From Rhynchopus sp. YZ270_cl-10 (Eukaryota): DNA of 64,000 nucleotides. The stretch lies in the NCBI GenBank assembly GCA_964035575.1, contig OZ037840.1, positions 1,674,001-1,738,000 on the forward strand. Reading direction: 5' to 3'. Shown one piece after another: positions 55,426-64,000 of the stretch. The stretch's first letter is position 1; each line of letters begins with the position of its first letter. The notes beneath the pieces were generated by a model. The model ran no database searches, was not told where the DNA came from, and saw nothing but the letters and a program-made list of their open reading frames with translations. The position numbers and the translations under genes are program-made.

Positions 55426-56643
55426 ATGGAAATATGTGTGAAGAGCTTTGACGGAGAGAAGTACACAGTCGATGTGGGTGTGGATGATACAATTGCAGAC
55501 ATACGGCAGAAGGTGGCGTCTGCAGCAGAGTTGTGCGAAGACGGCTTTGACATGAGCTTCGGAGGGAAGCTGCTGGCTGAAGGAGACGACACGACGCAGC
55601 TGAGTGCTGGGGACACAGTTGTGCTGACGAAGACGAAGTCGCAGAAGGACGACGCCATTGCAGCTCTTCGTGACTTGGGTGAAACAAGGCTGACGTCAGA
55701 GAGGTTCGAAGGTCTGACAGATCGCAGGCTGGTCCAAATAGATCCCAAGCTGGTTCATTTGTTTCTGAAGGCAGAAGTGGTTACTGAAATTTTTGATGGC
55801 TTCTTGGAAGGTGGCACGTTCGAAGAACTTGATCTCAGTGGTGTGACAGGTGTGACTAAAATACGCCGCAACTTCCTGATCGGGTGCAGCTCGTTGCACA
55901 CTGCTGATTTATCTGGGTGGAGCAATGTCACACATATTGATGGCGACTTCCTCGAAAGATGCATGGCATTGCAAACACTTGACTTATCTGGGTGGGGCAA
56001 TGTGACGCACGTTGACAACGGTTTCCTCCAGTCCAGTCCAGTCCAGTCCAGCGCATTGCGAACGCTTGACTTATCTGGGTGGAGCAATGTGACACGAATT
56101 GAGAGCAGCTTCCTCTGCTACTGCCGTGAGTTGACCACACTGGACATTTCTGGGTGGAGCAATATGACGCACATAGAACACGGCTTCCTCTACAACTGCA
56201 GCGCATTGCGAACTCTTGACATGTCTGGGTGGACGAATGTGACGCAGCTTGGGTGCTCGTTTCTCTCCCACTGCGGGGCATTGCAAACCGTTGACTTGTC
56301 TGGGTGGAACAATGTGACGCAAATAGAGGACTTCTTCCTCGCCAACTGCAAGGCATTGACCGCACTGCGCATTAGTGGCTGGAATGTTAGGCACGTTGGA
56401 GCCTCGTTCCTCGCCAACTTGAGCGCATTGAAAACACTTGACATGTCTGGGTGGTCGAGTGTGCAGCACATTGAGAACGGCTTCCTGGAAGGATGTACCA
56501 TACCTACAAGCAGCATCAACGTCACCGGATCGAGCAGTGTTGTGTCAGAACACGTGCACAGTGTCCTCATGGACGATGAGGCAAGCGACGTCGTGCAGAG
56601 GCCTGATCTCAAGAAGACAAAACGCAAATGTGTGTGCATGTGA
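55426..56643 (+). CDS. Ubiquitin-like + LRR + CaaX protein, paralog of 5465-6451 (~405 aa)
   Basis: First ~90 codons and the 5' flank are near-identical to the 5465 gene; more LRR units; ends KKTKRKCVCM*. Confidence 0.87.
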   Translation: MEICVKSFDGEKYTVDVGVDDTIADIRQKVASAAELCEDGFDMSFGGKLLAEGDDTTQLSAGDTVVLTKTKSQKDDAIAALRDLGETRLTSERFEGLTDRRLVQIDPKLVHLFLKAEVVTEIFDGFLEGGTFEELDLSGVTGVTKIRRNFLIGCSSLHTADLSGWSNVTHIDGDFLERCMALQTLDLSGWGNVTHVDNGFLQSSPVQSSALRTLDLSGWSNVTRIESSFLCYCRELTTLDISGWSNMTHIEHGFLYNCSALRTLDMSGWTNVTQLGCSFLSHCGALQTVDLSGWNNVTQIEDFFLANCKALTALRISGWNVRHVGASFLANLSALKTLDMSGWSSVQHIENGFLEGCTIPTSSINVTGSSSVVSEHVHSVLMDDEASDVVQRPDLKKTKRKCVCM

Positions 56644-56896
56644 GGCAGCACGTTCATTTGGGTGTACTCTTTAGGGATATGACACTTGTGTGCATATGTT
56701 ACAAAATACTTAAGAAGAACGCGAAGACGATTCTCGTGCTTCTCACTTCTCCCACACACTATCTCCCCACACGATTCTGTTTTTACCGCTTTAGCTGCTC
56801 ACCCCCCCCGTACTCTCTTTCTCCCCGCCCTTCTCACACCAACCCACCATCCAGAGGGGTTCTATACTTTGTGATGAACAACTAAAAAACGACAAA

Positions 56897-59800
56897 ATGG
56901 ACAACAACAACAACAACAACAACGAACTCATTGAGGACACTGAGGACTTTCCCGCAGAGGTGGGTACCCTTGGAGACGATGCGGTGACGGTCTGTGAACA
57001 GACTGCGTTATCGGCTCCTGCGGATGGCCTTCCCGTTGGTGGAGACCTGGTGTCAAACGCAGGACTTCCGGAAGGGGAAGAAGGTTCTGCGGTGACGGCC
57101 CCTGTCGTGCCTGCTGCTGCGGTTGATGTGGGTGTGCCGTTGCCTCCGATGCCTCCGTTGCCGCCGCCACCGCCGCCTGCGGCGTTTGCACAGCAGGGGG
57201 TGGAGCAGCACCACCACCACCACCACCACCATCACCAATACCAGTTCCCGCAATATTACCCACAACATCACCACCACCACCACCACCACCAAGGGTTCGA
57301 CAATTTCCACCACCATCATCACCATCATCACCACCAAGGGTTCTATGGTCTTCATCAGCATCATCATCACCACCACCATCACCAGCACCCCAACTTCTAC
57401 GACCCATTCCAGAACGTAAACGCACCCCTTCCCTTCCCAGGGGCAGGGGCGCTTCCCGCCATACCTGAAGTGCCTTCCGTTGCTCTACCAGAAGCAGTTC
57501 CGAAGAGCGTTGCGAAGAAGAAGAAGTTTGAGGCAGTGCCTGGCACCAAATGGAAGGTGCTAGCAAGCCCTGCAGGGAAGCTGTACTACCACCATACGGT
57601 GGAGAAGCAAACGGTGTGGAGCATCCCTGAGGAGGTGGCGGAGGTGCAGAAAGCGTCGGGTGTTGTGTTTGGGGCTGGGTTGGTCGACGTTGCCGCCTCA
57701 GTACCGGCAACACCCGAGGAGCCTGCGGATACCACACCCATTGTTGCGTACGAAGACATTGAGGGGACGGAGTGGAAGCGTGTCCCCCTCTCCAAGGGGC
57801 ATGTGTTCTACTACCACCCAGGCACCAAGGAGACCAGTCTCGGCATGCCCGAAGCAGTGGAGGACGCAGAAATCGCGATTGAGCCGAAGAGAAAGAAACG
57901 CTTCGACACAACAAGAGACAAGGCAACCGAGGAAGCGATCAGCGCGGCGCGCGATGTGCTGTTTGACACAATGCTGGATGAGCTGAAGCTGCCACGGTTT
58001 CCGCCGCCCACCTGGACCGGGGTGATCGCACAACTTATGCCGGACACACGGTTTTATGTGTACGCAAAGACTGAAGACAAGAAGCGTGCCTTTGAGGAAT
58101 ACCTACGGAGACGTGCCCAGGCTACACAGGGCAACACTGCGGAGAAGTACGCTCGGCAGAAGGCGAGCAAAGAAGCACAGCAGCAAGGCGGTCTGCGTGG
58201 CCTGCTCGTGGAGGCGGTGTTCTCGCCTTCTATGACGTACGATGCGTTCAGTGCAAAGCATGCGGCAGATCCACGTTTGAAGCAGCTCGGCAGGCACGAC
58301 CGGAAGGCGCTGTTCGACCAACACATCAAATCCCTCAAAACCGGGGAACGCATGCGCCAGCAGGAACAGAAACAAACCTTCGTCGCCCTCCTCACTGCAG
58401 TGCCCGACCTCGACAGACACTACGACAAGGCACAGAAGCAGGTCCGCAAGGTCTACAACGCCAGCCACACCACAGAGCTCGGCTCCGTCGATTGGGACGC
58501 AAACCTCACACACTTCACCGAATATTGGGAGATAAAGGATGCAGAGGAGAAGAAGCGCAAAGCAAGACGTGGAGAGTCGGGAATTGCGAAGGACACGGAT
58601 GAGAAGGACAGACGGAAGTCTCCACAACGTGCATCACGCGAACGAAGCCCGCGTAAACAACACACCAACGACGACAAGCGGGGTGATGGAGGCAGGCAAG
58701 ACACAAGACGGAAGGACGACCGCAGCCCACATAAAGAACGGCCTGAGAGGCGTTCGCAGGAAAGGCGTGAACGCGATGACAAACGCCGCCAGCGGGATGA
58801 CTCTCCCCGCACGAGGGCAGAACCCTCACGAGAGCGTGCACGTCGTGCGCCGTCGTCGCCCCGCAGGGATAGGGAGCGGGATAGACGTTCACACCGCAGT
58901 CTGGAGCGTCGCGGGTCACGCGAACGACGCAGCTCACCACGGAGGCAACGAAGTGAAAGCGACTCTCGAGAGCGCCGTGTCAGGCGTAGGGATGAACGTA
59001 GCCCACGCAGACGTCGCCGTGCAGACTCAAGCGACTCGGGAAGGGGAGACCGGCGTAAAGAGAAGTGCGACCGGAGCCGCTCACGCGAACGTACCCGCCG
59101 ACGCGATGCCAAACGCCACCGTCACAGCAGCGAAGGCACACCACGCAAACGCCGCCGCCGTCGCCACAGCTCCTCATCCTCCCTCAGTCGGGATCGGAGG
59201 CGCAGAGAGTCACCCCCACCCCGCCGCACACCTTCCCCTCCGAGGGAGACCTCGAAGCGCGTGGACATTGGCGCGATCGATCCGTCGCTGCGTGAGCAGT
59301 ATCTGGCGGTGCTGGGCAGGCAGGTGCGTGACGTAGTGGCCTTCGACGAGGCGCAGGCGATGCTGGTTGCTGACCCGCAGTATGCAGCGCTGCGGGCACG
59401 TCTGGACGTGAGCCAAGAGGCTGCACTGCTGGAGGTGCACGCAGAGCGGCTGCGGTGCGAGCGCATTGCCGACTTCGCGAAGGCAGCTGCCACACTGTGG
59501 CCACGTCTGCACTTCAAATCGACCTACGCAGAGGCAAGCGCGCTCATGGGCCAGATGAAAGCGTTCAAAGCGATCCCAGAAGAACTGCGTCCAGGTCTCC
59601 TCGAAGAAGTCCAAGACGACATGAAGGAGCGATGCGTACGGGCCTTCAGGGATACTATCGAGGTATGTATTGGCTGCTGTTGTTCTACAACAGTCCGCAT
59701 CCATCGGAGCCTTTTGAAAAAAATAACTATTGCCTCATTACAGTCGATTGAGCGTCAGATCCCTTTCGTGAACAAGACAGCTGTGCAGATGCACGAAATC

Positions 59801-60220
59801 CTCCGCTCGAGCAATGCGTACAACGAGCTTGACATGGACCTTCAGGTATTGACACACCTACCACACCTAAGCAACTACGCAAAGACAACAACGCATTTTT
59901 TGGTGCCATGTTCTGCGCAAGAATTACCCCTAATACTATTAGTTATCAAACCCACACACACCATGGGCTATATTCTTGATTTGACTGCTAGGTACAACCC
60001 ACACCTGTTCTCAAACTCCCATACATTGGTGCCATAGTCTGCGCAAGGATTTGATAGTTATCAAGCATACACACCTTTGGGCAGTGCTCCACTCTTAGCA
60101 ACTATACACAAAAGCTTTCAACACACACCTGCACAACAGCTCAAGGAGGAGATCATAAAGCAGTACGCAGGACGTACCCCGCCAAAGGTGGAGGACACAC
60201 GTCGATCAAGCAGGAAGTAG
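56897..60220 (+). CDS. WW/FF-domain splicing factor (PRP40/TCERG1-like) with His-rich and RS/RD-rich regions; predicted exons 56897-59662, 59744-59845, 60140-60220 (~982 aa)
   Basis: WW motifs WKVLASPAGKLYYHHTVEKQTVWSIP and WKRV..GHVFYYHPGTKETS; FF-like DTRF..KKRAFEEY and DPRL..RKALFDQHI; two phase-0 GT-AG introns predicted. Confidence 0.8.
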
Positions 60221-61396
60221 TGCAGCAAGAGCAATTGATTTAATTAAAAATCGTGGCCTCACTTTCAGCCATAATTTAGTAGTCAGCTCTAAACCACAAA
60301 ATGGATTGTAGGACTGCATGGTCCGCCCCGTACGTACCAAAGACACTGTCACGAGAAAGCTTTTTGTATTTCAACTCTACTTTAAATTTCATTCCTACAG
60401 CCAACGTACCTTGGGGTAAAACGGTACACATGTTTTGAGTGGACAAAAAGTGAAGGATTCCATTGTGAAGAGAGGAGTCTATACTCTAACAATCGAACGC
60501 TTTTCATGGGTGGGGTTTTTTTTCTATCACGCTTTTGGTAACGCAAATGGCTTCAACGAACGAACGATTCGGTTCATGCAAGCAGCTTTTTTTGACTTAA
60601 TTGTCGATGTCTGCATCCTCAGAGGGTATTGCACACTTAGAAGTTTTTACTTTTTTTGTGCCTCTTGCACCGCTCTGTGGAGGTATACATTTTCTTCGCA
60701 GCGCTTTTTCTATTTCAGGGTGTTCTCTGTCAGTGGTGCTGTGCTCCCTAGGCACAGTGGGGTTAACAAATGAATAAGACAACTGTTTTTGCCTTCGTCA
60801 GTACTTTCCCCCTGGTTGATAGAGTTGGGGCGGTGTTGCATCTTTGCTGTTCATCAGAGGTTCGAGGTCGCTACCAATCCAGCTTGCACTCCTTCCTTTT
60901 TTTTGTCCCTGAATTTTTGTCAGATTCCCGCATAACAGTGGACTCTCGGGTTGCGTAATCACCACGGAACAACTCGTACACCAGACTGCCCTTCATCACT
61001 TCCTATACGCTTCCTCTTCCTGTAGGCACCCTTGCCTCAAATTGGACCGCGTGTGGGGCTCGGCGGTCATGCGCTGTAGGAGCACGGTACCCTCCGTCAC
61101 CTCTGCGATGTGGCACACCCCCGTATCCTCCATCCGTCCATCGGATCGGTGCTCGAGTCCGATCCTGACCGCTGCGACCCTGCAGTCATTCTGCGCATAT
61201 TAAAATGGGTGAACGAAACAGAGAGCGGGAAGTGTGTGAAAACGATGAGGGGGACGCAAGGCAGCAAAGCACACCGCAACAAACACAATGAAATTCAATG
61301 AAGGACAGAGACTGTAGCTTTCCCCGGATTCATGCACCACGACCCCCCCTCCTACCGTCTCCACATTTCATGTCCCAAACAGGTTTTAACACAAAC

Positions 61397-62254
61397 ATGG
61401 CCGTGTCTCTGCTCCTCGCTGCTGCAGCAGCTTCGACCTTCCGTGGCCAGGATGAGGCGACCTGTGCTGGAGGGGCGTGCTGTGGCATGGCTCACTACCC
61501 AGTGGGCAACGAGACGGACGGCTTCAACGAATTCTACGCTGAGTTTGACGTGCCCGGGCTGCCAGAGGCAATTGATGGGATCACAAACTTCATTTACTTC
61601 AACATTTTCTTCTCGAGTGGTGTGCCCAACGGCAAGATGAACCAGTTCGTGCCACAGCTCATGCTCGGCAACCCTTTGGATGGCTCTGCAGGACCCCCTA
61701 CGTACCAGCCTCTCTGGCATGAGCACAAAACATGGGTGTTTGCAGCACAGTACTTCATGGAGATCCTCAACACCACAACAAACAAGACTGAGGGGAAGGC
61801 AGCGGCAGGCGAGATCTACAACTGCACCAAGGGCGAGATTCTGTACACAAAGTTCACCCTCGACAAGGACTACGCATGGACGCTTGTCATGGGCGTGAAG
61901 GGGGACGCAAGCAGGACCAGCACACTGAAGGTGGACAAGCCGTACATGGGTCTTCTCGACAGCAACCCTGGTGCAGGCGCAAAGGCACCCAAATGGAGTG
62001 ACGATGTGTTCAACCACGCGAACGTGAACAGCTGCTGGGAACTGTACGGCATGAAGGACCGTGCACACTACCCCTCCTCTGGAAGCAAGTACGATATGGT
62101 TGTGCGCGCTTCGAAGCCGAACGCCATTGACTGGATGACAAACTGGACTGAGGACGAGAAGCCCACCTGCCCAGGAGCGCCTGTATCATCCATCCAGGAG
62201 GAGCACAACAGCACTGTCCAGCACATTTACTGGAACCTCACCTTCACAGACTGA
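61397..62254 (+). CDS. Secreted hypothetical protein (~285 aa), possibly G1 glutamic-peptidase-like fold
   Basis: Signal peptide MAVSLLLAAAAAS; pattern FDVPGLP..FIYFNIF..QFVPQL..WELYG; several N-x-S/T sites. The CDS is solid, the fold is tentative. Confidence 0.7.
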   Translation: MAVSLLLAAAAASTFRGQDEATCAGGACCGMAHYPVGNETDGFNEFYAEFDVPGLPEAIDGITNFIYFNIFFSSGVPNGKMNQFVPQLMLGNPLDGSAGPPTYQPLWHEHKTWVFAAQYFMEILNTTTNKTEGKAAAGEIYNCTKGEILYTKFTLDKDYAWTLVMGVKGDASRTSTLKVDKPYMGLLDSNPGAGAKAPKWSDDVFNHANVNSCWELYGMKDRAHYPSSGSKYDMVVRASKPNAIDWMTNWTEDEKPTCPGAPVSSIQEEHNSTVQHIYWNLTFTD

Positions 62255-63097
62255 ACCTAAAACCGAAAACCGAAACCCGACACTCAAAAATGCAGGAAAG
62301 CTTTATTTGGGTCCTGACTTACAACAACAACAACTCTTCACAGCAACCGCAAAAGGAAACTTTCCCAAGATGACGTACGGTTTCTATCTTTGCCCAACGT
62401 CTATGTATCTGATATAAAAAAAAGTGGTGGAGTACATCCCCGGGTGTCTACACTAACACCAAGACTTTACGACAGTAAACAATTTGATTTTATTTTCGCG
62501 ATATTCGCAACGCAGTATCGTATCCGTTAGGGAATGGCGTTGTTGACACACTGTTGGCATGTTCTTCCCGCCTCTAGAAAAAAAACCATGGTGCGTGCGT
62601 CCTAGGCGTTTTGCACTGTCATTTTTTTTCTTCCTTTCGACTTCATATAAAGATGTGTGTGCACGAGAGGCACATTCATCTTAAAAATTTTTCGTTCTTT
62701 TTCTTTCACAGAAATGCAATGTGTGGCATGTACTCTCGTATGTATTGCAAAAGTAAAAACCCCCTGCTACCCCATATGTACTTATTCCTCACCGCCGTGT
62801 CTTTGATGAGAATCCCATATAACTGGCTTGTGGCAGCCAAAGTGTTGCTGTTTTTGATTATTTCGATGTCGGTTCTTTGTCAATGTAAACGGAAATGGAT
62901 GTAGGACTGCATGGTTTGAGGTCCACCCCATCATTGTACCAAAGGTACACTGTCATGGATGGTCTTTTGTATTCAAGTCAACTCTATTTGCAGCAGTTTC
63001 CAGAGATTAGCCACAGCCTGATAATGTTTCACACTTACTCCCCCTTATTCACCCTTCGCAAAAACAGCAACAAAAAAAACTTAAAAAAGCTAAACCA

Positions 63098-63946
63098 ATG
63101 AGCGGAAGCGGGAGCACGTATACGTACACCCTCGCGAACGGGTCGCTGCTGTTCCGTTATGTGCTGGAGCCGACGTACAGCAGGCTTGTGGAGTATGTAC
63201 CGCGGTGGTACACACCGAACCAGATGACGCTGACGGGTATTGCGCTGACGGGGACTGCGTCGGCGATGCTGCTGTCGCATTTTCATGAGGAGCGTCCGCT
63301 GAGCTTTGAGTACTTGATGCTTGCGGGTGTGATGAACCTCGTGTACATGACGCTCGACAACCTCGACGGCAAGCAGGCACGCCGTCTCAAGATGAGCAGC
63401 GCCATCGGTGAGTACCTCGACCACGGCGGCGACTGCTGGACGTCCCTCCTCTCCACGTGGTGCATGTTCCGCCTGGCGAAGGTGCCTCTGGTGGACTACA
63501 CGCTGCTCTCGCTTGTCGTGAACACCGCGCTGGTGCACCTCTACCACATCGTGACAGGGAAGTCGACGCTCGGAGGTGATCTGTTCTCAGCAGATGAGGG
63601 CATGCTCACCTTCTGCATCGTTCCGATGATCACTGCTGCGTTTCCGTGGCTGTGGGACGTTGTTGTCTTGGAGGCGGGCGCGACGGAGTACAACGACAGC
63701 CCCGTGATGCTGACCACTGCGCTCTCGTGTGTGTTCGCCCTCGGACAGATTGTGTGCTTTGGGGAGATGCTGCGCTCGCTTGGCAAGGCATGTCTGCACC
63801 CGATCCTGATCCAGCTCGTTGCCACGTGTGCACTCATGGGTTACGGAAGAGATGGGACCGTGCAGTGGGTGCTCACCACAGCCATGCTCAGCTCCTTCGG
63901 TATCCATTATCTCATCTCTGCAGCATGCGTTAAGTATGTTTCGTAA
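63098..63946 (+). CDS. CDP-alcohol phosphatidyltransferase (choline/ethanolamine phosphotransferase-like); may continue past an intron at 63934
   Basis: TPNQMTL and signature DNLDGKQARR..SSAIGEYLDHGGD; multiple TM segments; GTATGT donor-like site just before the stop. Confidence 0.9.
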   Translation: MSGSGSTYTYTLANGSLLFRYVLEPTYSRLVEYVPRWYTPNQMTLTGIALTGTASAMLLSHFHEERPLSFEYLMLAGVMNLVYMTLDNLDGKQARRLKMSSAIGEYLDHGGDCWTSLLSTWCMFRLAKVPLVDYTLLSLVVNTALVHLYHIVTGKSTLGGDLFSADEGMLTFCIVPMITAAFPWLWDVVVLEAGATEYNDSPVMLTTALSCVFALGQIVCFGEMLRSLGKACLHPILIQLVATCALMGYGRDGTVQWVLTTAMLSSFGIHYLISAACVKYVS

Positions 63947-64000
63947 AGGGGGTTGTTTTTTGACATTTTGCATGTTCTGCATGTTCTAATGTGCACAAAT

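Noticed and set aside
37883..63946. Pathway linkage of the cytidylyltransferase fusion with the CDP-alcohol phosphotransferase
   Set aside because: Chemically consecutive steps, but ~24 kb apart with unrelated genes between; no support without conserved synteny.
1..64000. tRNA, rRNA, spliced-leader RNA genes or an intact transposase / reverse transcriptase
   Set aside because: None recognised by eye; tRNAscan-SE, Infernal and HMM searches would be needed to exclude them.

Overview
Eukaryotic 64-kb window read in the standard genetic code. All ~22 credible genes and gene fragments lie on the + strand, most are intronless, and a few have short GT-AG introns. This fits a euglenozoan-style directional gene cluster, most plausibly a diplonemid (inference only). 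The dominant feature is a family of eight ~6-TM class III nucleotidyl-cyclase-like genes plus one fragment. Only one (18622-20904) has an intact adenylate cyclase catalytic domain; the other seven carry only a degenerate pseudo-cyclase domain, and the paralogs are sequence mosaics of each other. Other genes: a spliced twin-CX9C protein, an AFG2/SPATA5L1-like AAA ATPase, two ubiquitin-like/LRR/CaaX paralogs, GalE, two ankyrin proteins, a membrane-anchored methyltransferase, a GH27 alpha-galactosidase, an unusual methionine-synthase-like/cytidylyltransferase fusion, an internally duplicated acidic protein, a spliced WW/FF splicing factor, a secreted protein and a CDP-alcohol phosphotransferase. 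Intergenic DNA holds several non-autonomous TIR elements with readable TIRs and TSDs, one family carrying an expanding 8-bp satellite, and a strand-biased ~100-170 bp dispersed repeat in about ten copies. All family assignments come from motif recognition by eye; no searches were run.
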